DNA of 64,000 nt, from contig CT868663.1 in NCBI GenBank assembly GCA_000165425.1, positions 124,001-188,000 of the forward strand, written 5' to 3'. The notes beneath the pieces were generated by a model. The model saw only the letters and a list, made by a program, of their open reading frames with translations, was not told the origin of the DNA and did not search any database. This stretch comes from Paramecium tetraurelia (lineage: Eukaryota). Position numbers and translations under genes: made by a program. This document shows positions 29,109 through 43,536 of the stretch, piece by piece. Position 1 is the stretch's first letter; each line of letters begins with the position of its first letter.

Positions 29109-31695
29109 ATGTTTATAAGGTTATACTTAGAGATCATGGCAATTTTCATTTTCATTTTCTTATGCTTTATAATTTTGATTTTTGATATCTATATTAAATC
29201 AAAAAGAGAGATTCTAAATAAGTTAAAAAAGGAATTTAACAGTATTTTCCAAAAGAACTGTATAATTTCAATTAGTCTTCTTTTTAGATAATTCCGATAT
29301 TGAGAACCAACAGCAATTCGCCTTTGAAAGACCTTGGAAAGATATAGACATGCCATTAAGTATGAATGACAAGTTAAGCGAGTTTATTATCTTTTTATCT
29401 GGGAGAGACAATAAGAGGGACTGAATATCTAATCCAGAAAATACAAGGAGTTAAAAAACCATAGCAGCAATGAAAAACACAATCTCATTAATTGTAGCAG
29501 GAAAGTTAAAAGATAAATTGTATAATAACTGATTACTTATATTAATGAATAATTATATTAGAGAAACAATCATACTAAAGAAGAAGAATTGTTCCTCTGC
29601 AGATACGGAAGATATTTTTCGATAACACAATCATAAGCAAACTCAGCCGACCTAGGTAACTGAATAAAATTAATGGACTATCCAATAATGTGATTCAGAG
29701 ATTTTGTCAGACATAGAAACTCCAGCCAAATCCAGGATGGCTGATTCAATCATAAAGGAATTTGAATTAGAAAACAGTGCGAATGTAGGATCAAATAATA
29801 AACAATCGAGACCGACCATTGATGTCATCAATGAAGCTTTGTCATCGAAGTATCGATTGAGAGGGGAAAACGAGACGCTGCTATTTATTATGATAGGCAC
29901 TTATATAATAAATATTTGTCTTCATTTAGAACATATGCTATCTCCTCGATAACACGATTATAAAAAGTATATAGGACTATTAGTAGATTTTTTGACGAGT
30001 CTTTATTATATATATGATAGTTATTACAAGTAAATAAATATCTTAAATAATTAAGAGTTAAGAAGATGGAGAATGAATTTCATATAAATATAATATTGCA
30101 TTTGCTAAGTGGGCCAGTCTAATTATTTTTGAATGTTGCATATTTCATGTAATTTCATTAATTTTGCTGGTTTTCGATTATATTAAAATCGTTAAAATTA
30201 TTTGCAACCAATTTTTAAAAGTAAAATTTGTCCGACATTTATAATACTTTTGTCAATAGTTTGCCAATAATATTCACTTCAATAGTAGTTTATTTTGTAT
30301 TTACATACTTATGTACCATTTTATATTGCGATGTGAATAAGCATTATTTTAAGAGTATTGGAGTTAGTGCCTTCACTCTATTATAGATACTAACAGTTGA
30401 TGGATGGGGTGATATAACTAAACAATTATTGCCCAAAACTGGGATTTCCGTAATAGTTTTGATATTCTCCTTTATAACTATTTTGGCGATGTTCTTTTGG
30501 TTTCTAATTCAAGCATTTCAAATTGATGTGATGATCCTAGACGAATTAGTAAAACAAGGCAAAGTAGATATAGATGAAAAGTCTATATCCCATAGATCCC
30601 AGAATTTATTACCTTAAAGATACTATTCGATTATTTTTGGAAAGCAACAATCAAGAATTGTTCTCCTTGTGTGGATAATTCAATTGTTGTATGCAAATAT
30701 GTAGAACAGACTTAATAGCATTAATGATTTCCATTACATTTGCTTTCACATCTTTGTATCTCTCATATATACTTTGCATTGGATTGCAGTAGTAGTGTTG
30801 AAAGACATCGAAGCACAAAACTCATATTACTCAAACATTTAACTCACCTTTCATGTTCTTTCAGGACCAGTGGCTTTTTCCTATTCACTCGTTGAATTGA
30901 TCACTACTCAATAAATCAAATACAGTCCAATCCTCATTATGTTTAAAATCCTAACAAACCCAAGCATTAGAGATATTAGTTATATTGCCATTAGAGTTCT
31001 ATCCTCTTCACTCTCCCCATATATACTTATGCTTATTCTAACATTGATTGTGATGGGAATTATTAAATCTTTCTATCATTCATTTGAATCAATTGATATA
31101 TTAGATACCTTGCTCATTTATTTGTAAACTCTCACTTTAGATGATTGGGATGGTAGTTTATCTAAAGGATTTGTATAAAAGGGCCATTATTTTGCCGCTG
31201 TCATCATTATGTTGTATATTTTAGTGTGTTAATTTCTACTCATCCCAGCGTTTATGGCTTAGGCTTGTGAAATATTTTAGGTACAAATTATATCCACCTT
31301 AATAGTAAATTCTAGGAATTTCATTTAAACCAAGATTAAATCAAGATGGCGATTTGAATTTATATCAATATACTGATACAAATGTTGAAACCATAGTTAA
31401 ACGTTAATCCCCCAGAGTTTTTAGAATCAATCAATCACGAAACCTTATATATCTACTACTTAAATATTAGAAAGCCCTTTTTTCATATGAAAACAAAGTC
31501 CATCGCAAATTATTGACATCTCTCTATGGGTATCTCACAAATATTGGTAATTTGCATTTCCCTAAATTTACTCAATTAAGTCAATCAGAAAAAGGTTTGC
31601 TCAAAGCAACAAGACCATCAAAACTTGTCATCGAATTTAAAAACTAATAAATTGAAGTCGATTCAAATCAGATTTAATTTGTTTATTTGCCTTGA
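29109..31695 (+). CDS. Two-repeat ion-transport (TPC/Cav/CatSper-like) cation channel
   Basis: Two S5-pore-S6 units with filters FTLLQILTVDGWGD (~30373-30413) and YLQTLTLDDWDG (~31120-31154); S4-like FRLLKSLKLF. 5' exons joined via tiny introns; true start uncertain. TGA 31693-31695. Confidence 0.75.
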
Positions 31696-31721
31696 ACTCA
31701 TTTTATATTTATTTTTATATT

Positions 31722-33307
31722 ATGAATAATTATACAATTATTAGTCCAAATAGAGGATTTCAACTCAAAACACAATCACAAATTCAAAATTATGATCAAC
31801 AAAAACTTAGACAAATAATACTAAAGGAATTTTTATAAGGAAGATTATTATCTCAGAATGTTTCCAATTTAATATTGCTCCAAACACCCGATTAACTATA
31901 TTCAGAAATAGTGTTATTATGGTATCTGAGAAAGGAAATCTCATAAGTTGAAGCTCAACAATTTATAAGCAGAAGTGATCCTAACTTATTTCCTTTCTAA
32001 TTCATGTCATTTTTAGTGAATCCCTAAATTAAATTTCCTCTTCTTAATCTAATCTTTAGTGCATAAAATAGTTAATTCCTGAATTCATCCCTAGATATCG
32101 TGTTGATGAATTATTAAACTAAAAAGGAAGTGCTATCGGTTTCACTAAGTTTTGATGAATAAATACAATAACATGAGCTCGATTTGATATTACAATACTA
32201 TCCTAAATTGAGCCTCTTGGTATCTTATCATTTAAGAATCAATCCAAAATTTGAAGATTTGAGCATCTTTGATACAAATTTAATAGCGTTTACCATTAAA
32301 AGATCATAAACAATTAACAAAGGCATCGAGGCTCTCCTAAATTACCTATTGGAATGCGATGATAAGAAAAGCATAGTAGATATATTAATTTAGTTGAACT
32401 TTTAAAATGACACCGTTCTGAACTTAGGAATATTAAAATCTCCTGAAGAAGTTTAATTCAAAGAAGAATATATATTTTTTGAGAAATGGACACAAACTAA
32501 AAGTTTTAATGAAAAAATATGGGGCAGATTCACTTCTTTAGTCAATCAAAAAATGATCAAACTTGATAATTAAGAATTCACTGTCAATAATCTGAACTTT
32601 GCTCAGCCACTCCTCATTAAAGCTCTATTCTCTTTAGTAAAAAGACACACAAGCAATTTCATCATTGAGAATGCTATCAATAAGGAAATCAAGATGAAAT
32701 AAAATCTATTTCTAGATTATCCAGAATTCTTTAAAGTGTTTTTTATTGATTACTCTTCACTCCTAGATCCAAATTACAACATGTAAGTAAATTGATTGAA
32801 TTTTAGGTTAATTTTAGATTCTTTAAATGTCATACTTACCCATATTGAAAGAACTACAAAATAACCAATTATATAGCATTTAGTATTTATCAATATGATT
32901 TATAGAAATTACTTCTGTGTTAATTTTTAGTACAATGTATATCAAAAATGGTGGATCCTTAAAAGATAGAGATTAGCATATATTAATTTATTCAATAATT
33001 GCTTGCTAAAGATAAGAATTTGAACTTCCAATTTGCTGCAACCCTGAAGTTGGATTAAATCGAAAAAGCAGTAAAACACATTGATTGCCTGTTTCTACTG
33101 CTATCTGATTTAGATCTGCTTTCATAGAAGTTGCATGACAAAGAGCGCTTTTACTTATTTTGTAAATGCCTTTAACAAAAACATAAGAGTGATCTCTTAG
33201 AAAAACCGTTAGAAAGTTATTAAAATGAAAGATAGCAGAAGCACAAATATAATACGAATTTAATAATGAAAAAGAAGGAGGAGAGAGTGATTGCGCAGTT
33301 ATTTTGA
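31722..33307 (+). CDS. Hypothetical helical protein
   Basis: ATG 31722 (MNNYTIISPNRGFQLK), long open code-6 frame with tiny introns, ending ERVIAQLF*. Confidence 0.65.
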
Positions 33308-33508
33308 CGTAAGGTGATGCTTAGATCTTGTGAATTAACTATTGTATTATCATTTTAAAATAGTTATGTTTCACAATAATAAATGCTAGTAGGTCGTTTG
33401 GGACTGTAAGGGTATGATCATAGGAGAGGATGCTTACTTGCAATTTTCTAATATTGGGTTTTAATTATATAAATATTATATTATATATATACGTTAAATA
33501 AATTTTAT

Positions 33509-35098
33509 ATGAAAATCAACCAACCTTTTTAGGTTTTTGTTCGTATACGCTCCCATTCAGATTCAACCAATCCGATCGAAGTTGTTAATGAAAATATAGT
33601 AACTTTTAAATTTAAATATTTAGCTTAGAATATCCAACAAAGAAATGAGTTTTCAGAAAATCTTTACTGAAAATGATTCCAATTTATCAGTTTATGAAGG
33701 AGTATTTATGTTTAATTTAGTAGACTTTATCCAAATTTATAAGCAAAATATTTGAAGGGTTCAATATGACAGTGTTGTGTTATGGAATGACAGGATCTGG
33801 CAAAACGCATACAATGTTTGGGAACTCAAATGTAATGAAATAATAAATTAAAGGATCACTATGGCATAGTCTATTAAGCAGTTAAGGAACTTTTTCAGCT
33901 AAAGAAAAATGGATTTATAAAGATTAGTTTTTACGAAATATATAATGAACAGATAATTGATTTGTTAGAATAAAATGCATAGAATTTGCAGGTTTAGGAA
34001 GACAAGAATGGAGACACTTAGATCCCTGGGTTATCCTAATAATGCATAATTGATGAAGATCATCTTGTTTAATTGATTCAATAAGCACAAAAACGAAGAT
34101 AATTAGCTTCAACTGCTAGTAATTAATACTCTTCAAGATCTCATGCTATTGTGTAGATACAAGTGGTGAATTACGATGAGAAATAAAATATAAAATATGA
34201 TGGCAAATTAATACTTGCTGATTTGGCAGGTAGTGAAAGATGTTACAATTATAAAAATGGAGGCACATAGAAGATTCAATAGGAAGGTTAAAATATTAAT
34301 AAATCTCTTTTGGCTTTGGGTCAATGTATTATGATGTTAAATTAATGTAAATCCCACATTCCTTATAGAAATTCTAAATTGACAAGAATTTTAAAGTAAT
34401 CTCTTAGTGGAAATTCTATGACTCTATTCATAGCATGCGTAAGCAAATAATTTAGTGAGGAAACTGAAAATACTTTGAAATATGCTCAATAAGCATGTGC
34501 TATCAAAACTCAATTGACCTAAGCTATCACTCAGATCTAGATTGAATAACCAAAGAGATCAATATCAATTGAGATTTAGAATCTTGAATAGTAATTGAAT
34601 GGCTATTTTGTAATAAATACTGGGTTGCACAAAAACTTAAATTCATTATATTAGAATGTCTAAAAGGAGCAGGAAACTAAGGTTATTGTTTAAAATGTGG
34701 AGTAGCAAATAGCATCAAATATGAGAAAGTAGAAATTAATAATTAACTAAATTAAAGGACTTATAGTTGAAAAAGAAAACTAAGATAAGTCATTTACATA
34801 TAGAGGATCAGAAGTTAGGTTCTGTGATTTAAGCAATAAGAGCTCTATAATCTCATAGATATAGCCTCATACAGCCGATTAGAGTTGTTAAACTGAAAGA
34901 GTTTAGAGTCCAATCTACCTTGATCTTAAACATGGACGCAACAATTCATAATAATTAATAAACAAGATTGAGATTCATAAAATTCCTGAATCAAAGAGAT
35001 TTTCGAATCCTTTTCTCAGTACTATGGTGCAAGAAGAGAAAACCGCCAAGGATATTCTCTAAGATAGAACTAATAGATTCAAGATTAAACTAAAATGA
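33509..35098 (+). CDS. Kinesin motor protein (N-terminal motor domain)
   Basis: VFVRIR, P-loop [60 protein letters not shown]; coiled-coil tail; TGA 35096-35098. Confidence 0.95.
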
Positions 35099-35379
35099 AG
35101 TAATATACTTACTATTCAATATATATAAATAACATAACTTTGAATAATAGTTCTTGAAGCCTGCCTTAGTACTTTGGTATGGGAAATAATATTTATTGCA
35201 ATCCAATATTATTATTATATATTTCTGATTACGATTCAACTTATTGTTCATGCAGGATTCAAATAAGTATAGAACTTGTAAGCAGAGGAGTTCAGTTCAT
35301 AAGAAAGATTAGAAGATTAATTCTGAAAGGTTTTCATTATCAAATATCATTGAAATATAGACGTAGTCTGAATGTTGAT

Positions 35380-36011
35380 ATGAATAATTATACACCTAAG
35401 TAACCTAAATGGGCTGAAAAGACCATTAAAAATATGAACAGATATTCCTTTACTGATCTGAATGAATAAGAAAAGAGGGGATCAACAAGTACAGTAGCCA
35501 CATTAGCAACAATGAGCACAGATTTTTATGTTTAGGATGATTATCCAATTGAAGAAATGACTTCTTCAAGTGATGAATCCGAAAGCCATGTAAAATTTAA
35601 AACAGAAATGTGCAAAAACTGGAGTATTTTGGGTAAATGCAATTATGGAAATAAGTGTTAATTTGCACACGGTTAAAATGAAATGATAAATCGATAGTGT
35701 AATCAGAAATACAAATCAAAACTGTGTCGATCTTTCCATTAGGATTATGTTATTAACACTTATTATACATTTAGGTATGCTTTTATGGAGCTAGATGTCA
35801 ATTTATTCATGAGAGTAGAAGTGTTGACCAAATCAGAAAAGATTACAAATCTTAAACTTCATTTTATTAGCCTACCCCAAGCTAATTAAGATTGAAATCT
35901 TTTCAACTCATAACAAGGGATTGGAAATCAGAAATTCCATTGCAAGAGTGTATTAAGCTGTGGAAAACTAAAATATTATTATAAATCAACATATCCTCAA
36001 GTAGTGATTGA
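35380..36011 (+). CDS. Tandem CCCH zinc-finger protein (TIS11/tristetraprolin-like)
   Basis: [27 protein letters not shown] and KYKSKLCRSFHQDYVCFYGARCQFIH; one tiny intron. Confidence 0.92.
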
Positions 36012-36679
36012 AGATTTAGAAAGGTTTATGATAATTTATTTATTATTTATGATATTAAATCATTTAAGATAATAAATCTCATTTTTTTTAACATCAATCT
36101 ATATAACTCTTTAAATTATTCAAACCTATTTAAATAAAAACATATCTTGTAAAATAAAATCATCATAACCACTAACTATGCAAAAATCGTCGCTTATGGT
36201 CCTATTGCTTCATTAATCCAATGAGATCTATCAATAATTAGGAATATTAAGAAAGTTGTTTGATATTAAATAATTAATAAGATTCACATCATTTTGTTGA
36301 TGAATAATAATATTACTTTAAATTTATGGTTTTAAGGATAGAAACTAATATCTCAATATTTTTATCAACTAATTATTGAGAAATTAAAAGGATTGCTTTG
36401 ATAAGTTTCATAAATAATTGAAATTTATACTATTTAAGAAGTAAAATTGAAGGAAACACTTAAATTATGAATTTTTGATTAGAAAGTTACTTTTAATTTA
36501 AACAAAGTATTAAGATATTTGTAATTTAATCATTGAAGTAATATCATAATGGATATGGTAGAGAACTCCGATATAAAGTAGGTAATAATATAAAGATATT
36601 TATCTGTTATTAAAAATGAAAAATGAATAAAATTTATTTACTAAGTATTATTATTAAATATTTAATATAAATCTGATAA

Positions 36680-37316
36680 ATGAGACCAAATCCTCGTTAA
36701 CAATCAAAAAAAGAATCCAAAAATGTGTAACAACCTCCTCCGCCTCCTCCTCAATCAAAACCAGTTTAAGAAGATAAATAATTCAATCCAGATAATTATG
36801 TGAGATAAAATTTAAGTCGAGATGAAGTTATTGAATTAAAGGTTAGTAATTATAGAAATTTATCTAAATTTAGAAAGCTTTTGATTTATTTGATGATGAT
36901 GGAAGTGGCACAATTGATCCAGCTGAATTAAAGGGAGCTTTTGAAGATTTAGGACTTAGAGCTCAAAATAAAATGATTTATTAAGTGTTAGGGGAGATTG
37001 ATCAAGACAATTAGGGAGGATTTTCATTTGACAATTTTATCAAATTGGCCACGGCTAAATAAAATTTAAAAGAGACAAGAGGTTCTTTGATGAGAACTTT
37101 CAATTTGTTTGATCTAAATCGTGAAGGTTATCATATTGAGTGACAATAGGTAGGATTACTTGGGATGAATTGAAAAGGGTCTCAGTTGATCTAGGGGATG
37201 AGTTAAATGATGAGGAAGTTAAAAAGATATTTAGAAAAGCTGATCTTGATGATGATGGTTTTGTTACCTTCGATGATTTCTATAATATGATGACTGGAAG
37301 AGTCTATTATGATTGA
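36680..37316 (+). CDS. Centrin (ICL-type caltractin)
   Basis: Pro-rich N-terminus; AFDLFDDDGSGTIDPAEL, AQNKMIYQVL, FNLFDLNREG, ADLDDDGFVTFDDFYNMMT; two tiny introns. Confidence 0.9.
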
Positions 37317-37343
37317 AGGAATATTATTATAATAAATATAAGT

Positions 37344-40300
37344 ATGAACTTCACAATATACAAAACCCTCTTAACTAAATAATTGTCTATGTCTATAATA
37401 AATAATAATTTGTAAAAATAATTTTGTTATTTGCAACAAGCTTACAAGGTTTGAATGAATAAATTTTAATATGTATATAAAAAAATTAAAACACTTAATA
37501 TCAATAACTATAGATGATTATAGAAACGAGATATACAGTGCTTAACACAATTAATTGATTCGTTAAAAAATATGGCCAACTTTTATTGCTTTGGTGAAAT
37601 TTTATGCTATAATTGGAATTATATACGTAATTATTTACAACTCATTATATTTCTCCACTTTTAATAAGCCATTCACAACTTTTTATTTTTATATCTAATT
37701 CGCTGCTATAGTTTTATATGTAGCTGCAATTGAAAGGATTATTAATTGTATAAGGGAGTCTTATAAATTGACACTTATGATATTCACATTTATTTTGATT
37801 GAAACATCATTTTAAACATTTTTGATTGAAGTTTATTTGGATAGTGAGGAAGAGAATAGACCATTAACGATTTGTTAGTTGTTTATAAACTTATTACTTG
37901 TATTAGTGATAGTTAGAACAATCAAATTAAGGATTATAATATTACTGAAATTTTATGCTTATTTTTTAGCTAGAGGGATTACATTCCATTTTAAGACTTT
38001 TCAATCTGTAAATATTCTATTTTTCTTAATCTTGATATTATACTTCTGGGATTAGCAATTAATCAATTTAAGCAAAGTTTCACAATTTACTGACCAAACT
38101 TTGAAAAGTATTCCGAGTGCTGTTTGTGTATTAGATTAGAATTGTTAAGATGTTCTATTTACTAATAATTTTACTAAAAGATTGATACAGTCTTTGAATT
38201 ATGGAGGACTTTCTGGAGGGACAAAATCTATCAATCTAGCACAATAATAAGGATTTCCTTCACAAGAATCGATTTTGAGCTCTAGTTCGGATGAAATAGT
38301 ATCATTCTTTGAGAATCTAACTTTGCCATAGTCTGAGGTGAAGGAATAATTTGATCCTAATAGACCTGAATCTAAATTCGACTCTACTGATCAACACTCA
38401 ATTAATCTAAATTAAGCTATTGCGTTGATTATGAACTTAGAATAGTAAACCTAAGGAAGCATCTATACATTAAGATGTTAGTATGAGAATTAGAATTGTG
38501 GTGAAGAATATCCAATCATAGTTGAGGCCAGAATTAAAACTAAGTTATAGTACGGTTTTAATAAAAACGCTATTCTCTTAAATCTCTATGATGTATCTCC
38601 TAATTTTAAATCTTCTTATTACAAGAAGCTGAATTAATTTAAAAGTCAGGTAATTCGTTCCATTTCTCATGAATTAAGAACCAGATTAAATGTAATTTAA
38701 GGTTTTTTGCAAGTAATCCAGTGTAATAGCCACAACTACGATAAAGAAATGAATAAGCTATTAAGAGCTGCCTTTAATAATTGCAGAATTCAGAATCTAA
38801 TAATTAGTTCAATTATAAATTATAATTTAATAAGAGAGAAAAAGTTGGCCACTAAATAAGATAAATGCAAGTTGATATCTGTAATATAAGAAGCCATAGA
38901 TCTATTTTAGGAAGAGGCTGAAATGAAGAACATAAAAATATAATTTTAAAAACAAATAAATTAAGCATAAAATGAAATGTTGGATTATGAGAAATTTTAA
39001 AGCATTATGATCCATATAATTTCAAATAGCATAAAATTTAATAATAAAAGCGGATAAATTTTTATTACAATTACAAAAGAGAATTAGGAAAAGGAAAAGG
39101 ATAAATTAATCTTCAATAAGGAGAATGACAAGAAAACTCTATAACCATCTTGTGGTTCTCAATTATACAAAAGTTCTTAGGATGTAAATGAAAGCTCATT
39201 TCATTTTCCATTAAGAAAAGGGACTGCCTACAAATAACAACTTATAAATAATTCGAGTTCATTTTCGAATGCCTAACCACAACAGACAAATACTCATTTA
39301 TATGAATACTATTTAATTGAAATTCGAGACAATGGAATGGGAATTGACCAATAGAAATTAGAAGCAATATAGAATCTGTTAAAAAATGAGGAGAAAGCAT
39401 TTCAAGATCTAGATAGAGATTCTGCTTCAGGAATGATGCTGGGGTTGAGAGCATCAAATGCTTTAATTAAATATATTAGTGGGAAGGAAGAGGACAATTA
39501 TATCACAATAGATTCTGTGTTGGATTAAGGAACTACTGTTTGTATTCATTTGAAATGCAGAATTACTCAATTGACAGAAGGGTTCATGCCTAGTGACTTA
39601 TATAATAAAGAGAGTTCATAGATTGAATTGGAAGGGAATATTCCAGATATTGAGAGCCAATCTTATAAATTTAACATCTGGACAGATCCAGATATTAGCA
39701 GTAGAACCAATATGATTAGCAAAACAAAAAAATCTTCATCAAATCAAATGAATATGACTAATAAAAAAGGGAGTGCATAGATGTTCTCTATTAACAACAT
39801 CTCTAGTTTTTATAAAAATATGGAGGGGAGTCTCTTTAAGAGCATAACTTGCACTTGTGCATAAAAAATAGTAATAGTTGATGACGAACCATATAATTTA
39901 TTAGTTTTGGAATCCTTGCTTAAATAATTAGGATACCAATCAATCAAAGCCGATAATGGAAAGTAATGTGTTCAACTGATTGAAAGCAGCATATCTCAGT
40001 TTGATGAACATAAATGTCTAGGCTTCAAAGCAATTATTATGGATTATCAAATGCCAATTATGAATGGATAGCAAGCGACTTAAAAATTATAGGCTATATT
40101 TTAAGTTTCGCCTAGAATCCAAATTCCTATATTTGGATTGACAGGATTTTCGGGAGAGGATGATTTAATCAATTTAATAGATGCTGGAATGAAATAAGTC
40201 TATATCAAACCTATAACTCTAAAAACATTGGAAGAAATGATAAATAATTTAAATTTAGTAGAATGTAAAGACACTCCACGCCTATCTTCGAGGCAATTTT

Positions 40301-40353
40301 AATGTTTCGAATTAAATTATGCAGAGGATTTAGAATAGTTAGCTCATGAATGA
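37344..40353 (+). CDS. Membrane-bound hybrid histidine kinase / response regulator
   Basis: N-terminal TM segments; H-box SISHELRTRLN; N-box ISNSIKF; G1 IRDNGMGI; G2 GMMLGL; receiver domain VDDEPYN...MDYQMPIMNG...GLTG...IKP. TGA 40351-40353. Confidence 0.9.
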
Positions 40354-40372
40354 TAGTTATTAATTAATTTAT

Positions 40373-40744
40373 ATGTAAATTAGTAATAATAGTTAACAGT
40401 TAGCACTCACAAAGATTCAGAACACCGCATTTAATGTCTAATATTCTCCTTTTAGACTTCTAAATATCAAATACACAGAAGCCACCACTCAAAGGTTGAT
40501 TGAAGAACCTATCAATTCTATCCATGCATTTTAAATCCAGAGTAGTAACTATTAAGAGCACTTCAATACAAAAAATAGTAAACAACCTAAAGGGCCAAAG
40601 GAATCAGTGAAGGTTATATCAATTGATTTAAAACTTTAAAAGAAAAGATTTAGAACATCGTCAAAAGAGAATCTATCAGATTATCAAAAGAAGTTAATCA
40701 ATGATATATAAAAAATCGAAAAAGAAATCCTAAATCTCAGTTGA
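40373..40744 (+). CDS. Hypothetical protein (~123 aa)
   Basis: Uninterrupted code-6 ORF from MQISNNSQQLALTK to EKEILNLS*. Confidence 0.55.
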
Positions 40745-41000
40745 TTCCATAAATTTTTATTTACAACATATTATATATTGATTTTAATTTAATCAAATTA
40801 ATAGATCCACTTATTCTCTTGTTTAATAGAATAATTTACGAATTATTATTGATATTTATAAATATTATATATAGCTATTTTTTAATATTTCGATATGAAA
40901 ACATAAGAAGCAAGATATCTTCTATATTGTTTATAATAGTGATTGGTGTTTGGTGTTTGTTTCAATATGAATACTCATATAAATTGATGTCTTACTCAAA

Positions 41001-42652
41001 TCATAGTTTCCTAGACTAGGTACTGATTCTTAATAATTAACAAAAATCTAATCCTGCCATTTACTATAAAGGATGTCCTTCATCGGGAACTAACTTAAAT
41101 ATTTTCACATTTTACCAAAATCAAAATCTTCTCCTTGATTCATTGTCAATCTTGACAATCTTCTATTACTGGATAATTAAGATTACACTTTCAGATCTAA
41201 TTCACTTTAGGATCTTAGTTCAATTATAGTTTTAAGAGATGGAAGAATTACTTTTTTTTTTTTTACAACGTTCAATTATTTTATTTTACTCTTTATATTT
41301 ACAAACCAATGGTGCATCATACAATCAAATATTGAAATTCTCTTACCTATTATGTATAGATATAATACTAGGATTTTATTCTAGCAATTTTATCAATAAA
41401 TCTAATTCACTTAGACTTATATTTTTCTCAGCTTGCTAATCCAAATTTGAAAGTTACTCAACAGATTATTATTAAGTTTTAATTTCATGTAATATTTTTA
41501 TTTTGTTCATATCGATTTCATATATTTCAAAGTGCTTTTCATTAGGTAATTATTTTGGGAATGCCATGAAATATAATAACACTCCTAAGCTATACAGATC
41601 TGAAGTAATATTGGGAGGAAAACCCAAATAAAATTCTGGGGCTATGAATCCTTCCACTTATCTATTCAAAATCCAATCTAATTTGTCATTCATTCTATAT
41701 TACTATAATTATCATGAAATTATGTACTTTAAAAGATAAATTGATGAGAAAGATCTATAAAAGTTGGTTGTTAGTGTTGATTATTATATTTAGAGGGTTC
41801 AAATTTCCATGATAGAATTAATGCTAATCTAGAAATTTCAAGGTTTATAATATCTAGTAAATTATCTATATTATAAACAAAAGCTCATACTGATGCAATT
41901 TAGACTTCATGCAATTAGTTTTTTTAAATTAAACTATAAAGAGATTCGCCTTTAAAATGCTCAAACAAAATAAACAAGTAGGAATCATCCTCGTAAACCC
42001 TCCTTAATTATAATAGATTCTAATGTTTAACAGATCTTAACATTTGTATTTCGTTGTGAACAATTTCTTCTATTTCAGGACACTAATCAAAATCTTCCAT
42101 TTTATATATTTGCGCTGTAAATTAAACATTGTTCTATAATCAAACCAATATTCATACAGTCTTTTTATAACATTGATAGACTCCTGGAAGCATTCGATCA
42201 GTTAATTTGTATTTACCAAAAAAATCATTTAATTTACAATATTATTTCATCAATTTATACCAATTTCTATATTAAATAAATTATGAAAAAAACAAATAAG
42301 TATTCCCGAAATTATTAGAAATGATAAATCCATAGGTCTTAGCCTCTTTATATTATATTTATTCTTTTTGTAATGTGCAATTGCTTAGAATCAAATGAGT
42401 ATAAGTTTTATCTGATTGACAAATTAGTATATTTGGATAGATGTGAAATAACTTTTCTTCAAACTCTTGTTTTTAAATATCATACGAAAATATAAATCCT
42501 GATTGTAGCTAAGCAATCTATGATATTTTTTTCACATAATCCTCTCCAATCTCCTTTAAATTTTAACCTTATAAGTCTTTTGTAGAAAATTTCCCCACCA
42601 AGTTTAGAAGCCAACTTACTTAATTTTGTGATTGAAGATCTGTACTTTTCAT
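41001..42652 (-). CDS. Pseudokinase
   Basis: Kinase-like remnants (HNEIQMLRSVKH, FEHFKGESL, FYHGNLNPLNII, GFIAPEF, SDLYSLGV), but HRD is replaced by HGN and there is no DFG. ATG 42652, TGA 41001-41003. Confidence 0.7.
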
Positions 42653-43536
42653 TAGAAATTATTTAAATAATATTTTGTTCTTTTTTAGGTGAGAATAATT
42701 AATGAAATAAGTAAATATAAAAAGCCAATAATAACTATAAATCTAAGATCTTCTTCCAAACAATTAAATTATTTATTTAATAACATGACTAAACACTATG
42801 TAATGATTGATTTTCTTAATATAGATATAATTAATTGGAACAATAAGAATTAAAGAAAATTTTTTCAATTGTTCTTGACAAAATGCAATATCTCATTTAT
42901 AAATAATCATCATTTCAAAAGGGGAAGGATAAGTATAACCACTTTAGGTGATATTATTTAAAATAGAAACACCCATTAACTAGATATGAATAAAAAGGTA
43001 AAATTTTGAAACCACTATAAGAATAATCAACCATGATTGGGATTAATTATAACATAAAAATCAGAATTCTTTAGAGACTTTCTCTTTAAAAGATTTAATT
43101 TATTGCAGAGTTCACTCTTTCGAATGAATAACATTAAAATCCTTTTTAAAATTAAATTCAATTTTGAGTATAGAAAAAAATAATACGAATAAGATGGTAG
43201 ATATTACAAAATATTGAAATCAATCAAAAAATGATCATGTTCATATAAGAAATTGAGAATCATACCAAATTCAGACAATTTGATTCATTTTGTTGGAACC
43301 AAACCATAGAGCGAGATCTATTTTGGAAATATATAATTTTGTTAAAGTTTCTGTTTGTACATTTCATTTTGAAAAACTTACTTAATTTTATATGGAGGAG
43401 ATGAATATTCACTTATTATAATTAACGTCGAAATTATAAATAAGGCTGTAGAAAAGGATTACATAAGTCCTGGTAAATTATAATTTATTTTAATGATTTA
43501 AATTTTAATCCTAAATTTAAAATAAATAAAATTAAT

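Noticed and set aside
29520..29561. 42-nt GT..AG segment as a long intron or IES
   Set aside because: It reads through in frame without TGA (VQQLITYINEQLYQ) and exceeds the normal intron size, so I treated it as coding.
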